From the NCBI GenBank assembly GCA_029934055.1, contig JAOZMZ010000001.1:7704-71703 (forward strand): a stretch of DNA of 64,000 nucleotides. The letters run 5' to 3'. Within the stretch, counting starts at the first letter, position 1. Each line of letters opens with the position of its first letter. The translations under genes were made by a program, and so were the position numbers. Of the stretch, positions 16,718-25,383 are shown piece by piece. A model generated the notes under the pieces. The model had not been told where the DNA came from and did not search any database. It saw only the letters and a list, made by a program, of their open reading frames with translations. This DNA comes from Kiritimatiellia bacterium. Its GTDB lineage: Bacteria > Verrucomicrobiota > Kiritimatiellia > B70-G9.

Positions 16718-17809
16718 TCAGGCGGTCAGGTCGTCGTAGTAGCGGTCTATCTCGTTTTCTCGGTCGAAAATCGTCAACATCAGAGCGGCGCGTATCCACA
16801 TTCCATTACGTACCTGGCGCCAGTACATGGCACGCGGGTCGGAGTCTATCTCTGCGGCGATTTCCTTGCGGCGCGGCAGGGGATGCATGATTACGGCGTG
16901 GGGCTTGAGGATCGAAAGGTGTTCGGGGCGCAGATGGAACGGCGAGGTATCGATCAGCCGGCTTTCTTCGGCCGTGTCCCACTCGTCCTGTATGCGGGTC
17001 ATGTATATGGCGTCCACTTCCGGGAGGACGGAAGAGAAGTCCGAAGTGACGACGTATTCCATACCGGCTTTCTGAAGCACGGCGATTATGTCATCGCTGA
17101 TTTGAAGAGATTCCGGGGCCACGAAGTACTGCTTTACGCCGGGGTAAAGCGTTAAGAGAGTTGCCAGGGAACGTACTGTTCGTCCGCGGGCGAGATCGCC
17201 GACGAACGCGATTTGCTTACCCTCGATGCCGCCGTGGTTTTCGAAGCTGCGTTGGAGGGTGTAGATATCGAGGAGCGCCTGCGTGGGGTGTTGATCCTTG
17301 CCGGAGCCGGCGTTGATCACCGGGACGGGTCTGTCCGTATTGGAGAGCAGCCAGGCGATGCGTTCGGCGAATCCACCGGCTGGATGGCGCATGATGATGA
17401 GATCGAAATATGAACTGAAGGTACGCACGGTATCTTCCGGGGACTCGCCCTTGACTTCGCTGGAAGTGCTGGTGTCGCGCACTTCGGCGGGCTGAATGCC
17501 GAGAATCTGGCAGGCGGCGTAGAAGGAGAGGAAAGTGCGCGTCGAGGGCTGTACGAAATAGAGCATGGCGCGCTTTTCGTTAAGCAGGTCGCGCAGAAAC
17601 TGCATGCCCCCGCGGGTCTTGGCGATGCGGCGGACCTTGGTGGCGGTCTGGCAGAGACGTTCGAGCATGGGCCGGTCGAACTGTTGGGCGATCAGGGCGT
17701 GATAGGGACGTTTCCCCCGCCGGAAATATGCGCCCTTTTCTTCCGGGGGGAGGTCCTGGAAATCGTCCCAGGATATGCTGCGCAGAGGGTTGTCGTTGTA
17801 CATTTTCAT
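16718..17809 (-). CDS. pyrB: Aspartate carbamoyltransferase catalytic chain, N-terminally extended
   Basis: PSTRTFLSF, IMRHP, QHPTQALLD, GDLARGRTVRS, YMTRIQ and MHPLPR align with E. coli PyrB residues. About 40 extra N-terminal residues. No pyrI or pyrC adjacent. Confidence 0.75.
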   Translation of the reverse strand: MKMYNDNPLRSISWDDFQDLPPEEKGAYFRRGKRPYHALIAQQFDRPMLERLCQTATKVRRIAKTRGGMQFLRDLLNEKRAMLYFVQPSTRTFLSFYAACQILGIQPAEVRDTSTSSEVKGESPEDTVRTFSSYFDLIIMRHPAGGFAERIAWLLSNTDRPVPVINAGSGKDQHPTQALLDIYTLQRSFENHGGIEGKQIAFVGDLARGRTVRSLATLLTLYPGVKQYFVAPESLQISDDIIAVLQKAGMEYVVTSDFSSVLPEVDAIYMTRIQDEWDTAEESRLIDTSPFHLRPEHLSILKPHAVIMHPLPRRKEIAAEIDSDPRAMYWRQVRNGMWIRAALMLTIFDRENEIDRYYDDLTA

Positions 17810-18035
17810 TGTTTTTACTGCCTGATGGTGTGCCAGGCGGGAGACATCCTTTCCCGAAGGAGAGCATATAGCTTATCCGGTATCGGGTCTGCAAGCACTA
17901 TGGGCGTTTTTTCACCGAGAAATGTTTTGTACAGGCTTGAGTTATCAGTCCCCGGCGATAGAATCGGAGCAGAGGAGGTCTAACGCGGGCCGGGAATGCG
18001 TACGCATCTCCGGGAAAGATATGAGGTGAAATATC

Positions 18036-20375
18036 ATGAAACGGACAGTGTGGTGCATGGGGTTGGTAGTCTGGTTGGCAGCCGTCGGTGTGCGGGCCGA
18101 CTGGGAAACGAACGGCAGCTACAAGATGCATTGGCCGCAGTTGCCGGATCTCTCCGTGCTGGGCATGGATGTGAATGCCACCGCGACAAACATTCTCGCG
18201 GATGATTTTCTTTGTACCGCCAGCGGGCCGATCACGAACATCCACATTTGGGGCTCGTGGAGCGGTGACAATTTCGACGGGAGCAACACGGTTTTCGTCC
18301 TGAGCATTCACGCTGACATACCCACCAACGAGAGTCAGAATTTCAGTATGCCCGGCGAAACGTTGTGGTCCGCCACTTTCGGGCCGGGGACGTATGTGGT
18401 GCGTGTTTGGCGCGACGGGATTGCCGAAGGGTGGTATGATCCTCCGACGAATTACATACCTCCGGGTGGGGTCGGGGCGGATACCATTTGTTATCAGTAC
18501 AATTTTCCGATTGAGATCGGCGAGGCGTTCTACCAGACCTCGGGAGTGACCTATTGGCTGGATGTCCAGGCTTCACCGGGCGATGAGCGCTATCGTTTCG
18601 GCTGGAAGACCACGCGTGTGGATTTGCGCTGGAATGACGATGCGGCTTTTACCGGAGGGAGGGAGCCCAATCCGACCGGCTGGACACCCTTGACCTATCC
18701 GCCGGGACATGACATGGCCGGTGAGACACTGGACCTGGCCTTCGTGATCGAGGGCGCCGGCGCCGAGGAAGTCAACGTCTTGTGTCCGAAATGGATTCAG
18801 TGGCCGGACTGTGACATCGGCTTGGATGTGGGTTCTTGGACGGTGGAGGGCGAGACCCAGGCTACGGTCGTGGTGGCCGACGACTGGTATTGTGACGGGC
18901 GGCCGATAAACGCCTTGCGCTGGTGGGGTTCCTACAGCGGTTGGCAGACGAACGTCCCCGGCCCGGTGAGCGCCCCGGCGGCTCGGCCGCTGGGTTTTCG
19001 CCTGAAGTGGTATACGGACATTCCGGCCACGGCGACCAACTTCTCTCAACCGGGCACATTATTGCAGGCGGATTACTATACGCTGTCCCCTGCGGGATTG
19101 AGCAATTATGGCGAGGTGGTCGAAGACTACTACTGCAGCAGCGAGCTGGATTTCGTCGGTTCGAATGTCTACGAACATGAATTCAGCTATTTCGTCCAAT
19201 TCACCAATGGACCCTGGCGCGAAAAGGAGGGGCGGATCTACTGGCTTGAGGTGGAGGCGGTCTATCCTTCGGTGCCCACCCAGTACGAATGGGGCTGGAA
19301 GACGACGAGCCCCCAGTGGCATTGGAACGATGACGCAGTATATTTCTCGGATACGCAGTGGAAAGAGATGGTGTATCCTCCTCCGGGGTGGTTCTGGGTG
19401 ACCAATCACCCGTATGCCGGCATGAGTGCGGATATGGCTTTCATTCTCTACAGTCACGTGTGCCCGTCGCGCTGCAAGAAATGGTCTCAGCCGCCGGACA
19501 TGCTGACGGGCGAGAACGAGGCTTCCTACAGGGTCGGCGAAACGAGTATTACCCTGCGGGCGGATGATTTTGTTTCCGACGGGCGGCCCATAACCGATAT
19601 CCACTGGTGGGGTTCCTATCCGGGCTGGATGAACGATGTTCCCGGCAGCGACACCAACCCCATACCGCCGCCGAGCGATCCGACCAACGGTCTCTTGGGT
19701 TTCCAGCTGAGCTGGCACCTCGACAGCGGCTGCCAGCCGGGAACGCTGCTGACGAACATTTTCGTCCCGATAACCAACTGCAACGAGACCTTTTACGGAT
19801 CGGTAAAGCAGGACTGGATCGCCCCCGGCATATATGAGCACGAGTACCAGTATTACGTGGACTTGCTGGATCCGTTTCTCGATCTTTCGCCATGGTATGA
19901 AACCAACGGCGTCCGCTACTGGCTTGATATCCAGGCGGTGTTCGCAAGCAACTGGACTCCGTCGGTTTATCAGGGTTGGGGATGGAAAGTGACTGAGATA
20001 GAAACCGGATGCTTGTCGGTGGCTTCGAGTGACGGAGGGATCACTTGGACCAATCCGGTTTTCGAAGTTCCGCACCCGAAGGCCGGACAGTATTACGACC
20101 TGTCCTTTGAGCTGACCACGACCAATCTGCCGGTCAAATCCAATTCCGTTATCGACGTGGTTTTCACGAACGTTGCGGCCACCAATGCGACGTATTTCTT
20201 CATGTGGACGACGGGATATTGCGGATGTGGTCGGCAGGTGCTGCAGGTATCCACCAATCTGCTGGGAGGGACGTGGGTGGACGTGACAACCAACCAGGCT
20301 CCTCGCCAGGAAAACTTGTGGATCGGCACGCCGCTGGCTTCTCAGAGATTCTATCGCGTCCTGCAAAAACCGTGA
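18036..20375 (+). CDS. Secreted protein with three tandem uncharacterised domains plus a C-terminal FYRV-type module
   Basis: Signal peptide MKRTVWCMGLVVWLAAVGVRA/DW. Recurring motif set in each unit: KWxQxPD, ADDF/W..(C)DGRPI..IHWWGSY, PG.LL, YEHE, YWL(D/E)(V/I)(Q/E)A, GWGWKTT, WNDDA, (D)(L/M)(A/S)F. Confidence 0.8.
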   Translation: MKRTVWCMGLVVWLAAVGVRADWETNGSYKMHWPQLPDLSVLGMDVNATATNILADDFLCTASGPITNIHIWGSWSGDNFDGSNTVFVLSIHADIPTNESQNFSMPGETLWSATFGPGTYVVRVWRDGIAEGWYDPPTNYIPPGGVGADTICYQYNFPIEIGEAFYQTSGVTYWLDVQASPGDERYRFGWKTTRVDLRWNDDAAFTGGREPNPTGWTPLTYPPGHDMAGETLDLAFVIEGAGAEEVNVLCPKWIQWPDCDIGLDVGSWTVEGETQATVVVADDWYCDGRPINALRWWGSYSGWQTNVPGPVSAPAARPLGFRLKWYTDIPATATNFSQPGTLLQADYYTLSPAGLSNYGEVVEDYYCSSELDFVGSNVYEHEFSYFVQFTNGPWREKEGRIYWLEVEAVYPSVPTQYEWGWKTTSPQWHWNDDAVYFSDTQWKEMVYPPPGWFWVTNHPYAGMSADMAFILYSHVCPSRCKKWSQPPDMLTGENEASYRVGETSITLRADDFVSDGRPITDIHWWGSYPGWMNDVPGSDTNPIPPPSDPTNGLLGFQLSWHLDSGCQPGTLLTNIFVPITNCNETFYGSVKQDWIAPGIYEHEYQYYVDLLDPFLDLSPWYETNGVRYWLDIQAVFASNWTPSVYQGWGWKVTEIETGCLSVASSDGGITWTNPVFEVPHPKAGQYYDLSFELTTTNLPVKSNSVIDVVFTNVAATNATYFFMWTTGYCGCGRQVLQVSTNLLGGTWVDVTTNQAPRQENLWIGTPLASQRFYRVLQKP
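18123..20114 (+). repeat. Three tandem protein-level repeats of about 210-220 aa within the 779-aa CDS
   Basis: Units are approximately aa 30-238 (nt 18123-18749), aa 251-472 (18786-19451) and aa 481-693 (19476-20114). They were aligned by eye on the shared motifs. The DNA-level identity is low, so these are diverged copies. Confidence 0.7.
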
Positions 20376-20444
20376 GGTGCCGCTGCCCGGCGGGATTCCT
20401 ATTGGCTTGCCAAGACGGCGGGGAGGTGTATCTTCTCGGCTGCC

Positions 20445-20702
20445 ATGCAGAGACAATTCGACAAACTGAGGGCCTCGGAGCTGTATTGTCCCCGCTGCGG
20501 AACGGCACGCCCGGTCCGCGAACGGTTGCTGTTGGTATTGCCGCAGGGCGAATTGTACGAGTACCGCTGCGCGATGTGCGGCGAATCGCTGGGTACGCGG
20601 GAGATGCGGATGCCCCAAACTCCGGCGGTTACCGCCGGCGGCGGGGCAAAACGTCCGCGGATTCATGGTAAGCCCTTCATCGGCGGGGGGGACGGCACAT
20701 GA
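20445..20702 (+). CDS. Hypothetical small zinc-ribbon protein
   Basis: 85 aa, CPRC-x24-CAMC, Gly-rich tail. The stop overlaps the next start (ATGA at 20699-20702). Confidence 0.5.
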   Translation: MQRQFDKLRASELYCPRCGTARPVRERLLLVLPQGELYEYRCAMCGESLGTREMRMPQTPAVTAGGGAKRPRIHGKPFIGGGDGT

Positions 20703-20926
20703 ACATGCGCTCCGCAGGCAATCTCCTGCGCACCGCGGGTTACGGGGCGGGACTCGGCGGGCTGGTGTTGATGTTGCTGGGGCGGCGGTCATATCCGCCG
20801 ATCCGGGCATATTCGGCGGCCGGGGGTATATTACTGGTGGCCATGTTCATCCTGTTTTTGGCGGGAAATGTTCTCTATTTTGCGGGGAGACGTACGCGGC
20901 CCGGCCGGCAGGACCGCCGCGGGTGA
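20699..20926 (+). CDS. Hypothetical small membrane protein (two predicted TM helices)
   Basis: 75 aa. Hydrophobic stretches GAGLGGLVLMLLG and AAGGILLVAMFILFLAGNVLYFA, with a basic tail. Translationally coupled to the zinc-ribbon ORF. Confidence 0.5.
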   Translation: MNMRSAGNLLRTAGYGAGLGGLVLMLLGRRSYPPIRAYSAAGGILLVAMFILFLAGNVLYFAGRRTRPGRQDRRG

Positions 20927-20943
20927 GATCCGGGCGTTTTTTT
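20899..20943 (+). terminator. Possible intrinsic terminator
   Basis: GCCCGG (20899-20904) and CCGGGC (20930-20935) arms, followed by a run of 7 T (20937-20943). The loop is long, so the stem is weak. Confidence 0.35.
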
Positions 20944-20958
20944 GGCGTCAAAGGGGGA

Positions 20959-20987
20959 TTGACACCCGAAGGAGCATCGGCTAGATT
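20959..20987 (+). promoter_or_regulatory. Sigma70-like promoter for rplM-rpsI
   Basis: TTGACA (20959-20964), 17-nt spacer, TAGATT (20982-20987). Lies 60 nt upstream of the rplM ATG. Confidence 0.45.
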
Positions 20988-21047
20988 TTGCGGCCTGTTG
21001 CAGCCGGGGAAGAAGAATGAGCGAAAAGGCGGCTGCCGGAAGGATTT

Positions 21048-21482
21048 ATGAAAAGTTTCATTGCCAAAGCATCGGACAGCCTCGAGAGGCGCTGGTATCT
21101 TGTGGATGCGGCCGGAAAGCCCGCCGGCAGGCTGGCGGTGAAGATCGCCGAGATTCTGCGCGGGCGCAATAAGCCGACTTACACGCCGCACGTGGATACG
21201 GGCGACTTCGTTGTGGTGATAAACGCCGAGCGGATTCTCCTGACGGGCAGAAAGGAAGACCAGAAGATTTATCGGCGCTATTCCGGGTATCCGGGAGGGC
21301 TGAAAGAAATTCCGGCCGGGCTGATGCGCCGCCGGCATCCGACATGGATCCTTTCGCATGCCGTCAGGGGAATGTTGCCCCACAACAAGTTGAGCCGGAA
21401 AATGTTCAAGCGGCTTAAAATTTACGCGGGCCCGGAGCATCCGCACGCGGCACAGCAGCCGCAGGAGATCAAATTGCTCTAG
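21048..21482 (+). CDS. rplM: 50S ribosomal protein L13
   Basis: [48 protein letters not shown] is canonical L13. Confidence 0.95.
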   Translation: MKSFIAKASDSLERRWYLVDAAGKPAGRLAVKIAEILRGRNKPTYTPHVDTGDFVVVINAERILLTGRKEDQKIYRRYSGYPGGLKEIPAGLMRRRHPTWILSHAVRGMLPHNKLSRKMFKRLKIYAGPEHPHAAQQPQEIKLL

Positions 21483-21506
21483 AATGAGGAAGGGGACTGA
21501 AAGACA

Positions 21507-21905
21507 GTGACCCAGAACGTGGCAGAATATGCAGCTACCGGAAGGCGCAAGACGGCGGTCGCCCGCGTGCGGCTGGCGCTGGGGGTGGGAAAGCGGACCG
21601 TCAACGGGAAGGATTTCGAGACCTATTTCCCCAGTGCGGCTTTGCGGATGTTCATTGAGCAGCCCCTGGCGATCACCGACAATCTCAAGCGATACGACAT
21701 CATCTGCAGCGTGCGCGGCGGGGGTAAGAGCGGCCAGGCCGGTGCGATCCGGCATGGAATAGCGCGGGCGCTTGTCCAGGCGGACGCCGGGCTCAAGGAA
21801 AAACTGAAGGAAAGCGGGATGCTCACCCGTGATCCGCGCATGAAGGAGCGCAAGAAGGCCGGTCAGCCCGGGGCCCGTAAGCGCTTCCAGTTCTCCAAGC
21901 GCTGA
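21507..21905 (+). CDS. rpsI: 30S ribosomal protein S9
   Basis: [14 protein letters not shown] ... [25 protein letters not shown] is canonical S9. GTG start. Confidence 0.95.
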   Translation: MTQNVAEYAATGRRKTAVARVRLALGVGKRTVNGKDFETYFPSAALRMFIEQPLAITDNLKRYDIICSVRGGGKSGQAGAIRHGIARALVQADAGLKEKLKESGMLTRDPRMKERKKAGQPGARKRFQFSKR

Positions 21906-21910
21906 TATAT

Positions 21911-21945
21911 GCCGACGCGGTTTGCCCGCGGGTTGGCGTCTTTTT
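21911..21945 (+). terminator. Probable intrinsic terminator after rpsI
   Basis: Composite stem GCCGAC/GTTGGC with an inner GCGG/CCGC pair, followed by GTCTTTTT. Confidence 0.45.
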
Positions 21946-22070
21946 CAATTGCACCTGTGAGCGCTATTGCTGTATCAAGCGATTCGGTTGTTTGCGAGGT
22001 GCAGGCTGAACCAATTGTTCTCGGATCGGCCGTTGACGGTTGAGTTTCTGCAAATGCTGAGAGATCTGCC

Positions 22071-23243
22071 ATGCTGAAATTGCCGGATGGGTATCGTGCT
22101 GCAGGTGTGCACTGCGGGATAAAGAAGAGCGGCAAGCGCGACCTGGCGCTGTTCGTATCCGATCACCCGGCGGCGGCGGCGGGCGTGTTTACGACCAATA
22201 AGGTGAGTGCCGCCCCGGTCAAGTTGTGCCGCAGCCGGATCGGTCGTCACCACGCGCGCGCGATCGTTGCCAACAGCGGCAATGCCAATGCCTGTACCGG
22301 TGAACGCGGCCTGAGAGACGCCCGGCGCATGGCCGCCGTGACCGCTGCCGCTCTCGGGATTGAAGAGGACGAGGTTTTGGTATGTTCCACCGGCCATATC
22401 GGCCGTTATCTTCCCATGGATCGTGTCGAGGCCGGCATCAAGTCGGCGGCCGCTTCCCTCAGCGCCGTCGCCGGCGCCGCCGCGGCGGAAGCGATTTTAA
22501 CCACGGATACACGCATCAAGGAGCGCTCGCTGACGATCGAGGTCGGCGGGCATGCGGTTCGGATTACCGGCGTTGCCAAGGGATCCGGGATGATTGCTCC
22601 CCACATGGCCACCATGCTGGCATTCATCCTTACGGACGCCGCCGTTGATGCCGACACCCTTCAGGCGGGTCTGACGGACGTGGTCGCGCGGACATTCAAC
22701 CGGATAACCGTCGACGGCGATAGAAGCACGAATGATAGTGTCCTGTTGCTTGCCAATGGTGCGGCCGGCAATCCCGAGCTGAATGGTGAGAACGCCGACT
22801 GGGATGTCTTTCACCGGGCGCTTGAGGATGTCTGCATGCATTTGGCGCTTGAGATCGTGCGTGACGGTGAGGGCGCTACGCGGCTGGTGACCATTCGGGT
22901 GCGCGGTGCGGCGCACGCGGCCGATGCAGAGCGGGCGGCGCGCGCCGTGGCGGAATCTTTCCTGGTGAAGACGTCGTGGTCGGGTCGCTTCGTCAACTGG
23001 GGAAGGATCATGGACGCCCTCGGCTATTCAGGGGCGGACATGGATGAGGAAAGCGTGGACATCAGTTATGATGGAGTACCGGCCGTTCGGGGAGGTGTGG
23101 CGGCCGCGGGCGAGGAAGATCGCCTTGCACAGGTCGTCGCCGGGGATGAATATACAATCGAGATTGATCTTCACCGCGGCGAGGGTGAGGCAGTGATATA
23201 TTCGTGCAACTGCACCGAGGAATATGTGCGCATCAATATGTGA
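22071..23243 (+). CDS. argJ: Bifunctional ornithine acetyltransferase / N-acetylglutamate synthase
   Basis: GVHCGIKKSGKRDLAL, autoprocessing-site region PHMATMLAFILTDA, and C-terminal CNCTEEYVRIN. Confidence 0.9.
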   Translation: MLKLPDGYRAAGVHCGIKKSGKRDLALFVSDHPAAAAGVFTTNKVSAAPVKLCRSRIGRHHARAIVANSGNANACTGERGLRDARRMAAVTAAALGIEEDEVLVCSTGHIGRYLPMDRVEAGIKSAAASLSAVAGAAAAEAILTTDTRIKERSLTIEVGGHAVRITGVAKGSGMIAPHMATMLAFILTDAAVDADTLQAGLTDVVARTFNRITVDGDRSTNDSVLLLANGAAGNPELNGENADWDVFHRALEDVCMHLALEIVRDGEGATRLVTIRVRGAAHAADAERAARAVAESFLVKTSWSGRFVNWGRIMDALGYSGADMDEESVDISYDGVPAVRGGVAAAGEEDRLAQVVAGDEYTIEIDLHRGEGEAVIYSCNCTEEYVRINM

Positions 23244-23288
23244 ATTACACACTCGGCGGGCGCGGACCGGCGGGGTGGAGTTGAGACG

Positions 23289-24161
23289 ATGCAGAACGTG
23301 ATCGAGAAAGCGGCGGTTTTGATCGAAGCCCTGCCGTACATCCAGAAATTCAGGGGCGAGACCGTGGTTGTCAAGTTCGGGGGCAGCATCATGGAGGACG
23401 AGGGCGGGGTGCGCAACATATTGAAGGATGTGGCCTTCATGGCGTGTGTGGGCTTACGCCCGGTTTTGGTTCACGGCGGCGGCAAGAGTATATCGCGGCG
23501 CATGGCCGAAGAAGGGCTCAAGCCGGAATTTCGCGACGGTTTGCGTGTCACGGACGAGGCCTCGATGCAGGTGGTGGAGCACGTTCTCAATCACGAGGTC
23601 AACCCCGTTATCGTGGCCATCCTGGAAGAATTCGGCTGCCGGGCAAGAGGGATCCACGGCGATGATATCTTGAGCGTGGTCAAACGCACGCACCGTGATC
23701 CGGAGAGCGATGAGGTCACCGACTGGGGATATGTAGGTACGGTCACGGAAGTGGACACCGCGCCCGTGGAGGCGTTTTTGCACTCCGGGATAACACCGGT
23801 GGTGACGCCGTTGGGCCGCGGAGCCGGACGCAGGATATACAACGTCAATGCCGATGAGGCCGCCGCCGCCCTGGCGCAGGCACTCAAGGCGCGCAAGTTG
23901 GTTTTTCTTTCCGACGTGCCCGGTCTGCTGGAGGATCCGGACGATCCGGCCTCGCTGCTTTCCACGGTGCGTACCACCGACGTGGACGAATTGATACATC
24001 GCGGAGTAATCAGCGGGGGGATGCTCCCGAAGGTGCGCGGAGCCGTAGAGGCTCTGGCCGCCGGGGTGCGGAAGACGCACTTTATTGATGCATCTCTGCC
24101 GCACTCGCTTTTGCTGGAGCTGTTCACTGACAAGGGCGTTGGAACGGAGATCGTTAAATGA
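23289..24161 (+). CDS. argB: Acetylglutamate kinase
   Basis: ALPYIQKFRGETVVVKFGGS, VLVHGGG, NVNADEAAAALA. Confidence 0.9.
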   Translation: MQNVIEKAAVLIEALPYIQKFRGETVVVKFGGSIMEDEGGVRNILKDVAFMACVGLRPVLVHGGGKSISRRMAEEGLKPEFRDGLRVTDEASMQVVEHVLNHEVNPVIVAILEEFGCRARGIHGDDILSVVKRTHRDPESDEVTDWGYVGTVTEVDTAPVEAFLHSGITPVVTPLGRGAGRRIYNVNADEAAAALAQALKARKLVFLSDVPGLLEDPDDPASLLSTVRTTDVDELIHRGVISGGMLPKVRGAVEALAAGVRKTHFIDASLPHSLLLELFTDKGVGTEIVK

Positions 24162-25366
24162 GTGGAGACGAAAACATCGTTGAGCTGCACCGGCGCTACG
24201 TAATGCCGACATATTCTCCCGACTTGGTATTGGTGCGAGGGAAGGGCGTGCGGGTGTGGGATCAGGAGGGGCGCGAATACCTTGACTTCTTGGCCGGGAT
24301 CGGAGTGTTGAACGTGGGACACTGTCATCCTCGGGTTGTTGCTGCGGTGGGGAATCAGGCGGCGAAGCTGATGCATGTCTCCAATCTGTATTACAACGAG
24401 AATCAGCCCCGGCTTGCCCGGGAGCTGGTGGAGCGTTCGCTCGGCGGCAAGTGTTTTTTCTGCAATTCGGGGGCGGAGGCCAATGAGGCCTTGATCAAAT
24501 TGGCACGTTTGTGGGGGAAAGACCGCGGCGGGCGATATCGGATCGTTACCATGCGGAATTCCTTTCACGGCCGTACGTTGGCCACACTTACGGCCACCGG
24601 CCAGGAAAAGGTGCAAAAAGGGTTTGAGCCGCTGCCCGACGGCTTCACATATGCGGATTTCAACGATTTGGAGTCGGTGCGGTCGGCGATCGACGACAGA
24701 ACCGCCGCGGTTTTGGTTGAATCTGTCCAGGGCGAAGGAGGGGTCGTCCCGGCGACGCCGGAGTTTATGGCGGGTCTACGCCGGGTGTGCGACCAGGAAG
24801 GGGTCCTGCTGTTCTGTGACGAGGTTCAGAGCGGTATGGGACGGACGGGTAAGTGGTTCGGCTACCAGCATTATGATTGTATTCCTGACGCCATCGCTTT
24901 GGCCAAGGCGCTTGGCGGGGGTTTCCCGATGGGCGCGATCGTGACCTCATCCGCGCTGGCCGATGTGTTTCAGCCGGGAAACCATGCCAGCACGTTCGGG
25001 GGCACGCCCCTGGCGTGCGCAGCCGGACTGGCGGTGATTGGGGTGATCGAGGATGAGGGGCTGCTTGACAATGCCCGACGTATGGGTACGAAATTCCGCG
25101 CCGGCTTGGAGGAGATCGCGTCGCGTCATGAGTTTGTGACCGGAATCAGGGGCCTGGGATTGATGCTGGCCATGGTTTTCGACCGTCCGGCGAAGGATGT
25201 GGAGATCATCATGCGGCGCAAGGGCCTCTTGGCATTGGCCACCGGGAAGACGGCTTTACGTTTCCTGCCGCCGCTGGTGGTTGATGAGGACGACGTGGCG
25301 CGGGCGCTGGAAATCATCGCGGATTCCTGCCGAGAGTTTGCACAAATTGAAAAGCGAGTGTCTTGA
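24158..25366 (+). CDS. argD: Acetylornithine aminotransferase (class III)
   Basis: [36 protein letters not shown]. 4-nt overlap with argB. Confidence 0.85.
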   Translation: MSGDENIVELHRRYVMPTYSPDLVLVRGKGVRVWDQEGREYLDFLAGIGVLNVGHCHPRVVAAVGNQAAKLMHVSNLYYNENQPRLARELVERSLGGKCFFCNSGAEANEALIKLARLWGKDRGGRYRIVTMRNSFHGRTLATLTATGQEKVQKGFEPLPDGFTYADFNDLESVRSAIDDRTAAVLVESVQGEGGVVPATPEFMAGLRRVCDQEGVLLFCDEVQSGMGRTGKWFGYQHYDCIPDAIALAKALGGGFPMGAIVTSSALADVFQPGNHASTFGGTPLACAAGLAVIGVIEDEGLLDNARRMGTKFRAGLEEIASRHEFVTGIRGLGLMLAMVFDRPAKDVEIIMRRKGLLALATGKTALRFLPPLVVDEDDVARALEIIADSCREFAQIEKRVS

Positions 25367-25383
25367 TTAAGGAGAACATGGAA

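Noticed and set aside
16718-17809. The STRTR motif reads STRTF in the pyrB-like gene, which could indicate an inactive ATCase paralogue.
   Set aside because: The residues I can align to the E. coli catalytic set are all present (S52/T53/R54/T55, K84, R105/H134/Q137, R167, R229/Q231, the HPLPR loop). Only the position equivalent to R56 differs, so I treat it as a functional pyrB.
19158-19166. GGTTCGAAT, resembling a tRNA T-arm/T-loop.
   Set aside because: It lies inside the 779-aa CDS. The flanks have no acceptor, D-arm or anticodon-arm complementarity. No tRNA was recognised anywhere in the window.
19059-20810. 583-aa ORF antisense to the triple-repeat protein gene.
   Set aside because: Its composition is Arg/Pro/Gly-rich low-complexity sequence with no recognisable motifs. 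It lies entirely opposite a motif-rich, signal-peptide-bearing CDS. This is the typical shadow ORF of GC-rich DNA.
21950-22003. 7-bp inverted repeat TGCACCT ... AGGTGCA upstream of argJ, considered as an ARG box or attenuator.
   Set aside because: The arms are 40 nt apart with no U-tract. They do not resemble the AT-rich ArgR box consensus. Short GC-rich inverted repeats are expected by chance.
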